Assembly: GCA_001938485.1 (NCBI GenBank)
Contig: MQRK01254223.1
Coordinates: 14,382-78,381, forward strand
Reading direction: 5' to 3'
DNA: 64,000 nt
Origin: Girardia tigrina
Taxonomy: Eukaryota
The notes under the pieces were generated by a model. That model had not been told where the DNA came from and made no database searches. It was given only the letters and a program-made list of their open reading frames with translations. Positions 1-14,100 of the stretch are shown here, piece by piece; position 1 is the first letter of the stretch, and each line of letters opens with the position of its first letter. A program made the translations under genes and the position numbers.

Positions 1-525
1 TACGTAGCAGACGAATGAGTATTAATTTGTGATTTTTTTTGACATTGCTTGTTAGTTTGGGTTTTTTTTGAAATTTACGTTTATATGTAGAACTAGTTAT
101 ATTTGAACTTAAAGGGAAGTAAGTTCTGAATTTAAGATTAAGTTGTTATGTGTACTAATTAAGTACACTAAAAGAGTTGTGTTAAAAAAACTTAAACTCA
201 TTTCAGGAAACTTTTATGCATCTTTTAGCGTATATTAAATAAAGTTTTGAGGAATCCATAAACTTGTTAGGAGTGCATCATAGTGTTTTTGGTCCCTTCA
301 TAAAGTCCCTTATTTTCTATCATTTTTCATAATATCCTGTTGCATTAAAAAGAAAATTATACATAGAATAAATAACCAATTCTTTATATTAAATTTTTAT
401 TAATAAATTAATATATTTTGTGAGAGATTATGAAAGAGATCTATCACTATGTTCATACTTGAAATAAAAATTATAAAAAAAAGTCTTACTCAAATAATTA
501 AAAAATAGTGGCATTTTATTTGTGA

Positions 526-1215
526 ACACATAAAAACACATTTTAAAAAACATTTTTATTATCAAAGACAATTAATTTCAGCGGTACAACCGTCATCGTC
601 ATGCCATAAAGAAAATAGGAATTCTAGACCGGATTATTGAAAAAAAGCAGTGATTACACAATCAAGGAATAATTGTGTCATCTAAAAACACTCAATATGG
701 TTGTCGAAAGACCTCTTTGTACATTAATATTAGGATTTGAAGATCTTATATATAACTCTTCGTAGATAACTCGTTCCCAATAATTATTAAACTAAGCACA
801 CAGAATTTTAAAATTATTTATGTTAATATTTTCTTTCAATTTGTAAATTTTTCTGTTCAGCAATATTACTTTCACGCACATTACGGCCTGTTTTTGAATT
901 CTCCAACAGAGATGATGAGACATCTCTCCAATGTATGTGGCATTGCATTCATTACATATACATTTATATACGAAATCCGAAAACAATCCCAATGTGGTTA
1001 GAGATTATTACAAAAAACCTTTTAGATTTTATATATTTAAGATCTTTAGATCATAATGTGCAAACGGGTATCTCGACAACCTTATTTAGTGTTTTGACTA
1101 TATAAGCAGATTTAAAATTCATAATTTCTTGTTGACCTGACGATGACGATTATACCGCTGAAATTAATTGTTTTTCATAATAATATTTTTCATAAAATGA
1201 CGTCTTTATGTGTTG
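526..1215 (-). mobile_element. Penelope-like element remnant: GIY-YIG fragment between inverted pLTR-like repeats (cassette 1)
   Basis: ORF 792..992 has VYKCICNECNATYIGEMSHHLCWRI, the PLE GIY-YIG pattern. About 526-750 is the reverse complement of about 1035-1215, and both arms carry a hammerhead-like motif. Confidence 0.8.
1132..1172 (+). ncRNA. Minimal type I hammerhead-like motif in a pLTR (mirror copy at 567-606, minus strand)
   Basis: gac-CTGACGA-t-gacgattataccgct-GAAA-ttaatt-gt. Core intact, palindromic stem III segment, weak stem II. Confidence 0.55.
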
Positions 1216-2139
1216 AAAAAGTCAATACTTGTTTCATCTAATTGTTAAAATAAACTGTTAATGTTCATTTATGCAATTCAAATTTCTATTAGACTTAAAA
1301 TAATAAAGTATTTCTCATTTTCTGATAAGAAACAAATTCTATTATGTCCGAGAGCATAAATATTTCTTTTGTTGAAAGAAGAATAGAAAGAATCACAGAA
1401 ATCAAGTTCGAGAGGGGAAATGCAACAATAGAAGAAACTGAGTAAGTACCACAGTACAAAATGACTAACAACTCATAAAATCCTTCATTAATTTGATTTT
1501 CAATGGGAAAAGAATAAAAATTGAGAAAAGATTTTGTTAGAGGATTTTATCAAAAAAAAATAAAAAATATCTTTCATACCGACAAAAAAAACTATTAAAT
1601 CATCAACGATTCATAACACAAAATATTTCATTCTTTTACTTTCGAATTTTAGAACGATTTTCCTAAAAATATAATTTCTCAACCGCAAACAAATTCTAAA
1701 AAATACGAAATAATAAAAGGAAAACAATTTGTTTATTTTCAATCGTATTATTTATGCCAACTTGTTGAAGCAAAATTTATTTTATTTTTTTTTCTCGAAA
1801 TCGTCACAAACTATAAAAAGCGAATTTCTACTTTTTTAAAAATGGAGAGCAAAAATAAATTCTATTGAACGAATTTTATTTTTCTATAATTTTCATTTCA
1901 ATTATTATTATTTTTTTTAATTTTTTTGATCTTGAAAATAAATTTAACATAATTATGGGAATTTTAGATTTTTTTCTTATTTTTCTTTTTACATATTTTC
2001 TAATATATTTTTCTTGGATCTGTGCCAATTATTTTGTTTTTTTGGATGTGAAATATCGTTTAATGAGAGAGGAAGAAAATATATTTAATCAGATTTTATT
2101 ACTTTTGACAGATTTTTATTTATCGCATTTTATTATTAC

Positions 2140-2298
2140 CCGAATATGTTCTAAGCATCCTTCGATGTCATCAAGGAGGCCCAAATTCACTTTTGAGTTA
2201 ACCATAAACGTATTTATTGACTTGAGCAATAGAGCGATTTGATTAATCTTTTCCTGAGTCTTTTGGGAATCCGGGGAATACTCTTCCTCGCCGACTGT
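2140..2298 (-). CDS. Exon of the spectrin-repeat gene (TVGEEEYSPD...CLEHIR)
   Basis: tttcag acceptor, gtaata donor, 159 nt, phase 0/0; lies within ORF 2116..2331. Confidence 0.85.
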
Positions 2299-5200
2299 CT
2301 GAAAGAGAGTCGGGATTATAGCTTGTTTCAATCAACAATCATATATCAAACTCTTTCTTTGGCTTCAAAAAACCTGGCTTGAATCTCTTGAATTATCGGT
2401 TGTAAATTATCAAAACGAATGTCAAGACTTTGTCGAAGTCCGTTCGGTATTTTATTAATTAATTCTTCTAATAATCGAATGTCAGAATCGGTATAATGGG
2501 TCTTAATTCGTTCTAACAACTGGTCTGAAATCTAGAATAATAACAGATTACTGACTGACAATTTTCAGTAGTTTATTTTTTTTAATTATTTAAATAATTT
2601 TGATTTTATTGTTGATTATTTATATTTTTATTTTATATATTGATAAATTGATATTTTGGAAAATAAAAAAAAATATTGGTTATTATGTGATTCTGTTTTT
2701 CGAAAGAAAATTAATTTATGTTTAGGTTTATTTTATTTTATTTTGTAGAAAAAATTATATTTTTCATTTTTCTATTTTTTTTAATATTTTAGTTAATGAT
2801 ACCGAAAAAAACGAATATATTTTGTGATTATAATATCCTCTAAACTGATAATTGTATTTTATGCTAATTGATCTCTTTTAGGTAAACCGGAATTAATGAC
2901 TTATTTGTTTAAATATTAAGAAATATAAATAAATATTGAAATCACGATTTCAACATAACATCGCCATTCTTTAATTTTTAATCATTTATTCGCGGAACTT
3001 TATTTTGTTTTTATATTTTACTATCAAAGTATGAAACAAGAAAGAAAAAAAAGAGAGAGAGTCACGTACCTTCACCTCTCCGCCTCAGTCAAGCGAAATC
3101 TGAACTGTTCATTTAATCAATAGCATATTCCCCTTAATTTTCTATGAAACATTCTCACTTAGAACGAGATTTATTATGCCTTGCTTATAAAAATTCTGAT
3201 CTTTAGAATAAAAAACTCTTGTATACCTTTTTTTCACTTACATAATGTTGCATCAATCTGAATAAATGAATATCATATGGTGCAATGTCCGGACTAAAGG
3301 GTAGATGAGGTAGAATTTCTCAGTCATACTCCTGGATTTTGCTGTAATTATTCTTTGCAACGTGCGGCCTTGCATTGTCGATCTGCAAATTATACCTTTC
3401 CTATTTGCTATTGCCGGATAGTTAATAGAGATTTGTTCTTTCAAGCGTGTCAATTGATGTAAATAAATAAATATAAATAAATACCAGGTTTCAGCAGTTC
3501 AAAGTGAATAATCCCATTTATTCCCCATCACATGCATAACAGAACTTTTTGTCCATGAATGTTGGATTTTCGAGTTGACAATCAAGCTTGATAAGGTGAT
3601 AACCAGTCCCTTCGTCTTTTATGATTATCAAACATCACCAACTTTTCGTCTTCAGTGACTTTTCTTTCCAGAAACGAATCATTGTTCTGTTTGGAAAGCT
3701 TCGGATCTTCTTCGACTACAATGCGAAGAGCTTCATCATCCACAGCTGATCTACGGCCCGGCCCGGGTTCATATTTTAAGCTGAAATTACCGATTCTAAA
3801 TTTGGAGAACCATCTTTAGTACTTCCTCTCATCCAACGTTCCAGGATAAATCTTATTGATTTTTCTTACTGTATTCGAAGCATTTTTTTCCTTTTCGATA
3901 TTCATAGAGAATACAATGTCGCAAATGCTCTTCCTACACAATTTTCGCTGCAATTTCCGTATTGCTTGGTAAAATTTTACGGTTCTTATTATAAAATAAA
4001 GAAGAGATGCTCAACTAACAAAAACGTATAAAACAAAAATGTGCTTCTAAAATTAGGTGGTCTACAGTTAGTTACAGTCAGTATACAAAAATCCAACGTG
4101 CAATATAAAATGACCTAATAAATTGGGTAGTTATAATAATTATAATCATACTTATTTATATTTTTTTATTTTTATTGTCTATATAAAAATCCTTTATTAC
4201 AAAGTTAAACAAAACACAATTAATTTTATATTGCTAACACCTTCACAAATGTAAGGTATAATTTTAATTTAATCCTTTTTTTTGTAAATAGAAGTTACAA
4301 AACAATAATTATTAGTTTCATACTTGATAGTTTTGTAAATGTTTTATTTCGTCAAAAATATTCTCCAGTCTCTTCAGCTGATCCTGAATGTGATGATATT
4401 GTACCTTTATTTCACTGAGTTCATTAGTTTTAAGGTATATAATGTTCTTCAGGTCCTGATATTTGACAAGCAATTGAGAGTTTGACTCGTCGGTTATCTG
4501 TGAGGATAATTCAGCAGTGATTGAATTGCTTTCACTACTAGAATGTTTATCCAAGCAAATCGATATTTGTGCCATTCTTTCCAAAGCTTCCTTTTTTACT
4601 TTCTAAATAAAGTATTATTTTACATTTGTTTTCTTGTATTTAAGAAATAAACTAATCAAATTATTGTTTTTATTCAAGAAAGAAATTATGTTAAAAATAA
4701 GATTTCCCGTGATAAAATAGTAAAATATATGAAAAATGATAACTGGAAAATTTGTTTACCGTGATCTCAGTAATCTTATCCTCAAGTTCTCCAATGGAAT
4801 CAAAATCGTTTGTAGATATTTGTGAAATAGTTTCACTTGTCAAATTGACCCAACTACTCAGATTTCCTGCTAAAACGGTGGCAGCTCCATCAATCATGGT
4901 TGATAATTCTTCACTCGAATCTCCGGATGTCGTTTCATAATCATCGTTTGGTAAACTGTCTTGCGAGCTGTGAACAGAATTTGCATTAAGATCTAACTCG
5001 GACGACTGAGACTGTTTGAGCTCATTACTGAAACGAGATTATCATATTTGATAAATCAAGCAGAAAATCAATTAAATTTTCCTCAAGCTACACTTTTAAA
5101 TCAGTAATATATTCATTATAATAATAGTTTATAAATTAATAATAATAAATAATTTATTTATAATTATATTCTATTTCATAATATTCTTATTGTCGAACAA

Positions 5201-7680
5201 TATAAAAAACATTTCTCATTCAAATGACAACAAAATTCGTTAAATTCGAAATTTTTTTATTATTGTCGACTACTTGATCATTAATTACAGGAAAATTAAA
5301 ACGAAACAGTAATTTTAAAAATCACAGTTTTTCTGACCACTCGCTCTGATTGGTTAACCAATCAGATCGCGTATACATTCAACCTGATCAATTCGGTCTA
5401 ATATCCGGCACAAACGAATCGATTGATAATAATGCACCATTATTCTCGGCATTACAATTTGATTACTGAGTCACATGATTCATTGAATAATTATTATTTA
5501 AGTATGTATGAAAGCATCAAAGCAGCGATAAACAATCAATAAATGTTTATCCAATAAAACGATAACGATTCTGATTTGAATTGTCTTTGGGCAGGAGTAT
5601 ATTGAAATATAACATTAAAAATAACCAATTAGGTTTATGCAAAAGAAATGTCGTTTTTTAACTGTATTAAATACATTAAAAACGACATTTCTTTTGCATC
5701 AACCTAATACATAATAATATTTAAATTTATATTGCGAGTAAGAAAACTATTGAACTATAAATTACATTTTACCAATATAATATTGGATTGGATTTTTCTT
5801 TGAACGTTTAAAAATATTGTAAAAAAATGTTAGTAAAGATATTTTATTTCATTGTGGTTTTAATAATTTTTACTAAAAAGATCTTAAAAATATAACAAAA
5901 AAGAATTTCTAAATTTTGAAGTGGATAAGATTGAACAACATGATGATTCGTTTGTCACAATTTACAGATGCAAGTCACCATGTACAAATATTAAAGTGGG
6001 AACATTTTTGAATATTAATAGAGGACAAAAGAATAAAAGATATTAAAAAATAAAAGTGATGCAAATAGTCGAAATGGCAAATGGGACAAATTGAAAAGAA
6101 ATAGAATAGATCGGTTAAAGCACCAATTCATAATACTTTTAGGGAGGTTGCATGCCTGCCCAGATATTCTAAACGAAATATTGTGAAATTATACTAAGAA
6201 ATGGATTTCCTTTCATCCCCCTGTGATGGAACACATAAGAGCGTGAACAGAATCAGATGCATTTAGAATGTTAGAAACTAAAATCAAAGCTTTTTTTGCA
6301 CCTCTACAAGATGTGGGTTGAACAAGAATAGAATGTAAATATTATTTAATTTTATGTTCATAAATAAACTGGAAAAAACATTTTTCGTTCAATTATTTTT
6401 GTTTTTTTACATTATAAATTGTTTTTACAAAAGATTTTTAAAGAAATCGTTTTATTATTTTGAATCATTGTTGCAGAAAAGAGATAAATAAAAAATCGTT
6501 ATACGTGTATAGAAAATAGCAAATAAATGATGTTAAGTATTTTTTGATCAGAAATAATAATGAATTATATATTATTATTAATTTTATTTAATTTTGTTCT
6601 ATTGAAGATCTGAACTTAATCAAAGAAATCCTAAATACAGTCAAAAGATTTGTTTTAAAAAACATAATAATATAAATAAATATAAATTCCAAATGTATCT
6701 GAATGATTCAATGTAAGAGTCAGAAGATTGTAAGAAAAGAATATGATGTATTGTTTCTGGATAAAAGAAAGAATTTGACTTGCAGGATTAGAACCGTTTC
6801 GCCGAATGTAATTGCTGAATTTACAATTTTGCGATGATTGTAAAATAACTTATTAGCAATGTATTATTTGCATACAATTCAAATTTTTATTTTGATTTAA
6901 AAAATTACTTTTTAAAGATACAATTAAGTTCATATGGAATACATGTATTAAATTTAATTTATAAAAAATATGTATATAAATATATAATAAACTCACTAAT
7001 TATTGGATATCTTTTCTTGGATTGTAATATCGGTATTATTTTCAAGGTAATATTGATCGAAAGAATCATCTTTTAAATTATCTTTTTCATCAGTTTTTTG
7101 AACATTCGGTTGTCGATTCATTTGGAGACAAATTGTATATCTTGATCTAAGATCAGATAAACGATCACGGAGAAAATCAGCATCAGTGTCGTTGCAGGAC
7201 ATGGACAAATTGTCGCCGTCTTGCTCCAGCAAAACCATTTTCTTCTCAAAGCCACTGAGATTTTTCTGAAATATATTTCAAATTAAAGACAAAAACAATG
7301 ATTAAAATATAAGTTATTAAATAAATGTTTAATTATAAAAATGTAACGATATAAATGAAAGGAATCCGATGACAAAATCAGTATAGTCATAAAAGTTTAC
7401 AAGACTCGATGTAAATTTATTTACTTTTAAGATATTTTGAAAAAGAATTATATAAGCAGATCTTTACAAATATTCCAAATTAGGGAGAGTAAAAATATAA
7501 AAAAGTATCCAGGAGTTCTAATCAGGAGCAAAAGTTGGCCATTAGTAATACTAAATTGATGATTCTGCAAACCAAAGATATTCTGCGAAAGAATAGGAAT
7601 GTGTGAATGATACAAAAAGTACTGAAATAAAGAATGAATTTCAATAAAACAGTAAATAGTTAAAAAAATTTATAAAAAAA

Positions 7681-7720
<40 letters not shown>

Positions 7721-9973
7721 ATAATATCATCATTAAACAAATATGATAATTATAATCTACTTCGAATGAAAAAATGATTGACTTGTTCTTCTAATATATT
7801 AATTTTTTTATTTCCATTATTTATATAATATCTCCTATGTTTTGTAATCATTTAAAATAACTATATTATCAAATTATTTGTGAGGAATGTATATATTTGT
7901 ATATAAATGTATATGTGTGCCTAATATATAATAAGTTGTTCGGAAGATCACATAATGCTTTAGAAATAATCGAAAATTTTATTGATTTTTGTCGAGATCA
8001 AACAATAAATATTCGCTTAGATCTGAGGGCGGATCAGACATAATTATGTGTAATAATTTTAATAAAATAACATTTAAAATTAATTAATTATCATATTGTG
8101 TTTTCTAACTCTCACAATTTGATTAAACAATGAAGAAATTTAAATTTTAATGAATTTTAAAATAAAAAAAATAATTGTAATACATTAAAATCTTTGATAA
8201 GAATGTTTTTGTAACCATTTATTGATTTGTAGCACCTAAATACTTCTACACCCATTGATCTGCAGTCATTTCAGTGTTAATTATAATATATAAAATATAT
8301 TGTAGAATTTCGTGATCGGATCAGCGGAGCCTGTGATCTTTAATTTAATCTAAAACAAATTCAATAACTATTTGTTTTTTTCTTTTTAATATAACTATTA
8401 GAAATTATAATATTACATGATTAAAAAATTGGATAACAATTTTACTGAAAATCAAAAAGGTTTATCAAATATTAATTTTTAATATATATTTGATATTATA
8501 TATATCTTAAAAATTTATATTTGATAAACCTTTTTGATTTTCAGTAAAATTGTTAACCAATTTTATAACTATATAAAATTAAAATTTTATATAGTTATAA
8601 TAATAATAGTTATAATTATAATTTAATAGTTATAATTTTTAATCCAAAAAGAAAAAAGAAATAGTTATTGAATTTGTTTTAGATTAAATTAAAGATCACA
8701 GATCCGATCACGAAATTCTACAATTGATGTTTCAACAGCACTTGAAAATATTTTACCGAAATATATCACAATAAATTTAGGATTTTCAAACCAAATTTTC
8801 CTTAGAATTTATTAAAAAATCCAAAATCATTTTTAAATTTATTAGTAATTTTGACTTTACATCAAGATTGTTGTCCAAATCAGATATTACTCTTACGAAA
8901 TACGATGATGATAATCTTATTGGAGGATGTACTTCAGTCCTCAGAATCATAAATATTCTGCAACTTGTGGGCGTGAAATCGCACATTTTGGCCTTGGGAA
9001 TAAAACTAGAAATTGATGTGTAATTTGAGACATGTGTATTTTAAATATTTATGATGGATCATTATTACTATCCATGTGTTCGAATATTAAAAACCCGGAG
9101 TTATAAATGTATTTTCTGTTACGACTTTTATATAGTTTTAGGAATAATTCTTAAAATAATCAAAAGAAGAATTACTTTAGGATTAATAATTGTTTTCATA
9201 AATAAGATATTATATTATTAAAAGAAATGATTATGTTTTTTAAACGGCTTTTTGAATGACGACAAGTTTTCCAGAAGAACAAACAATAATTTTGTTAAAT
9301 AATAAAAACATACAAGTATAAAATAAAATGTTTTATTTTGACTTTTATACATTTCTTCGCTAATTGAATACAAAATTTTGAATCAAAAATTATAAAGTGA
9401 ATTTAATTCTTTGTGTAATCCATAAAGACGTTAAGTAAGTTATTCTTACCTTCCAATGTCTGATAAAATTTAAGATATTTTTCTTAATACTCTTCTTACT
9501 CTTAGTAAATGAATAATCTGATAGCTACAGTTATCGTTCAATGTTCCTCTCATCTTCTCTGGTACCCAGCCAGTCTCTCACTTTGTCCCTTGAGATTAGG
9601 CTGTTACGTTCATTGAGTATAATTTATATTACATTTGAGTTCCAACAAGATTGTCGTATTTTCTTTAGTTTTATTCCCAGTATTAATTCCCAGTTTCAGT
9701 CTTTGTTAATCAATTATTACTAAATATTGTCAAATACAATGTCTTATTAAAAAGATATAAATTAACTTTCATTTAAGAAACTTTAAAATATTTTTCAAAG
9801 TATAACAAAAAATAATTTATGAAATTTAAACAAATTTTGGAAAAAAATTATTTGATGCTTTCTTTGGTTAAATTATATTAGTTATTTTTTTAAACAATTT
9901 TGGATTGGGAATATTTTCGTATTTACCAATTTTTCTAGTAATCAAAATATCTAAAAATGTGTCATTTAGTTTG

Positions 9974-10020
<47 letters not shown>

Positions 10021-11077
10021 TGTAAATTTTTCATAAAAAATCAAGCAATAACAGAAATATTAAAAAGAAGGTGATGATTGTTACTTGAATCAAGATCTAA
10101 AAAGGAAATGGTGGTTGTAGATGAATGAACAATAAAAATTAACTCAAAGATCCTATAACGTTCAGTATTGTCCGTTAATGAGACTTCAAATAGTCCGTGT
10201 TACATGCGACAACGAGAAATATCGCAATAATTTGCAAGCTGAGCAAAAACAGAAACGCTGTGAATTCTTGTGAAACGAATGAAAAGTTTTGTTGAGTATT
10301 CTTTGGATATTTTTTCTACTCACCGTAAAATATGACCGACAAAATCGCTTTTGTATCGAAAAAATGGAATAAATTTTCTATTAGAATTTCAGGGATAGGA
10401 CGAAATTATATGCTCGAGATTAAATGATGAATTTGGAATCGCATCCTTTTTTAACCTTTTTTTAAAATCAATCTTTATGGAATGCTGTTTTTACGAAAGT
10501 AATATTTTAGATTAGCTATGAGGTGATTTTTTAATTATCCATAATAATAATAATAATAATAGTTAGAATTGATAGGCACTCCATCATCCAGAACGTGCGA
10601 ATCCATATCAAAATATAGGAAAACTAATTTAACTTGAAAAATTAATTTGCAAGAAAAATTCCACCCAAAAAACAATGTCCAAAAAAATTGCTTACAATAA
10701 ACAAACAATTTTTTTATTATAATTAACTTTTATAATCAGTTACTTATAAATTTTAATTTGAGGAACAATCTTTTTCTAAAACTTGTTAATGTCAAACCGG
10801 AAAGTTTTAATTTTAATTTATTCTTAATTTACTTATAAAATTTAATTTAACTAATTATTCTATTCTTCATCTAATTATTAAATTTAACTCTCTATCTTAT
10901 TTAAATTTTAATTTACTTAATTTATTCTTATTTCTTTTTTCTTCAATTCTCGTCAATGTTATTCAAATAATCTCATCTTGCATTTCCACTCTAACTCACA
11001 AATTTTCTTCTGATGGTTTACTCCCTAACAATAATAATAATAATAATAATAATAATTATAATAATAATAATAATAAT

Positions 11078-11110
<33 letters not shown>

Positions 11111-14100
11111 TTTAATAATAATATTTCGTTAATGTATCTAAATAAAGAAATTAACTTTTGCATTTAATAATAAAATAATATCTCCATCGTTATAAAAAAA
11201 ATTTATAACCATATTTGAGATTTTTCTCAGATTTGGGAAATTTATCACTGGAGTCAACTGGATCAGATCACAAATGATCTGAGATCATTAGAATTTTCCC
11301 AAATGCAATTTATGAGCTTCATAAATTTTGATTTTTGTTTTAATTTGATTGAATTTTTTTTATTTAAATTTTAAATCAAAATTTATAAATAAATTTTTCT
11401 TACATTAAAGATTATAATTTTAACTTTCGTTTTTTTCTGGATTTATTTGTATCAATTTATCATTAATTCATTTTTTTTAATTTATTATTTAAAAAAAACT
11501 ATGTTTTATTGTTATTAAAAAACCTTTTTGAAATACCTTGATTTCCGACATTTCCTGGGCCGAACAACCGGCTCCATTCTCCACAGAAACCAATTCCTGT
11601 TCTATCATTTGTAAATCATTCTGTATTTTCTCCAATTTCTCCACAAATTCTTGCCATCTCGAAGCATTTTCCATCCATTTGCTAAAATATAAACAAAATT
11701 TACAACATAAAAAATATCTATTAGAAAAATCTGAAAATTTTTCAACTGAAAAAAAATCAACAAAATAAATATCTTTTATTACTTAATTTCTTATTTTGCT
11801 TAACAAATAGAAATCAAATAATAAACATAAAAATATAATTATCTCACTGAATTTTGGCATTTCGTCTCACAATACTCATTTGTAAAACATCCAAATTGAG
11901 AAAGACATTATTAAAAAGCGATGTAAAGTAGATAAAAACCGGATAGATAAAAGAATTGGACAAATAATTTAAGCACAAGTGAATCTATTATTTCATAAAA
12001 GATATAAAAATATTGTCAAATGAATTAAAATAGATTTGTTTCGTTTCTTATTGGCTAAAAAATATTAATATTATTCGAAGAAGATGAATTTGAAGAATTC
12101 AGTCTGTCTGGAAATACTCAACAATTTATTACTAAATGACACTTAACAATGAACATTTTGCTTAAGCGAGAGAGAATTATCATTGAAAAAAAATATTTTT
12201 TTATTACAAAAAAAGAAGCAAAAATTTCGGATAATTTATTTGTATAAATTGATTAATAAAAATAAATGGAAATAATAAAATCATTCTAATCTAAAATTAC
12301 AATTTGATAAGGGCGTGTTTCAACTGATGCTTCGAAATTTGGCAAAAAAAATTTAGTAAATGTTGGATAAAATATTTTTGTTATTTTTGTTTTTCCTGTC
12401 GCAAGAAAACCGATTTGAATTATTTATTTATTTATTTATTGGTAATTTCAAAAAAATTGTAAAAATTTTTGTAATCAGTTTTTTTCGATGTACCGTGTTT
12501 TTTTCAAAAGAAAAGAACACAAAATTCAATATAATGACCTTTTCGGAGAGAAAAAAATATTTTTTTTATTAAATATTTTCTTGAAATAAAATATTTTGCA
12601 ATTTCTTTTGAATTTATTAAAAATAAATCACTTAAGGAATTTCACGATTCGTATTTTCTCGTTTATTTATTGCTTTAAATTATTTCAAACAAAAAGAAGA
12701 TATGAAAAAATGTTTTTATTATTTATTAATTAATGAATTTATTAATTATGGGAAAATTTTTACGAAAGGAAATTAATTTGACTCTGAAAAAGGGACATAA
12801 GATTTCGTGTAAAAATAATTTGAAGTTTTTTTTAATTTCAAATAGAAACATTTTCAGAAAATGTTAATGAAAAATTGAAGTATTTCGTAAATATTAAAGA
12901 CTTGAATAATTTATAAATAATAATCAAAATTTTATTATTAAATATCAAATATTATTTGACAATATTAGAAAATAAATTAAACGAATACTGTGTTATAAAT
13001 TAAATGAATAGTGTTATAAGTTTTATAATATATTTTCATAATTTTCATCAGTTTTACAAGTAAGACTTTTAATCAAGTGTAGTGTGGTATAGGAAGTGAA
13101 TTTTCTGAACTTTTTAGGGTTCTGACTGAATGTTGTGGCTTTTGGTCGATTTATGAACATCTTCTATCTTCTTATGTTTCTATCTTTCCTTTAAATGTAT
13201 GTCTGTTAAGTTTAAAATACCTCCTGATAAGGGTATAAAATGTGCTATATTTATTCCATTCTTTTTATTATATTACTTTCTATACATATATATATATATG
13301 TATTCATGCCATGACGTATATTTGTGTGCATGATGATGTGGTCTGAGTCCGTACGTGTGTGCACTGCATTATTATTCTTATGTAATTTCTCGTTTGTGCT
13401 TGGAGTGAATGTGTGTGAAGTGCATTTATTCTTCTATTACTCTTTTCTCTTTAGTTGTGAATCCCTTTCTACCCATTCTGTTTCTAGTTATCATAAAGTG
13501 TTTGTGTAGGGAAAGAGTAGTATGAGATGGGTGAATAGTGTTGTTGTAAGACATAGTGTGATGGTGTGTTAATGTGTGCAAATTCATCACGAGTCCGGTT
13601 ATTCATGAATTGAAGTGATAACAACTTTTTTTGATTGCTTTCTTTAAAAAGTTCAAATGAAATTTTTGAAAAGAAATATGTTAGGGGGGCTGTAATCTTT
13701 TCTAGGGGGTTAAGCCCCCCATTGCCCCCCTGGCTACGCCCCTGATTCAAGGAATCTAGAAACCTATTTTTGAAGGCTTTTTACTCAATCAATTTTCTTC
13801 AAACTTTGAACACTTTCTCATTTTCGATGACAATAAATGATTTTGTGAAGATTTGATGGAAAAAACTTTCTAAAGTCCCAAAATGGAAAAAAACAGAAAA
13901 TTCGGAGATCCTGAACAATATTAATTGAAAAATATCTACTTATAGATTATAAGTAGTTTATATTAATTTTTATTGGGGTTTTTAATTAATATTTTTAAAT
14001 GTTAAATTTTTTAAATTTTAAAAACTTTGTAGGAAAAGTAAAGTTTTGTTTACATAAAGAATGGATACCAAAAATTTTATTTTATGATTTACTAGTTAAA

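Noticed and set aside
1865-2242. 125-aa hydrophobic plus-strand ORF
   Set aside because: T-rich intron sequence plus the antisense of a real exon; the F/I/L bias is compositional.
9450-9720. Candidate host exon with a strong gtaag donor
   Set aside because: Stops in all three minus-strand frames, and the flanking exons already join into a continuous repeat. It may be a decayed LINE RT scrap (VRDWLGTR), too weak to call.
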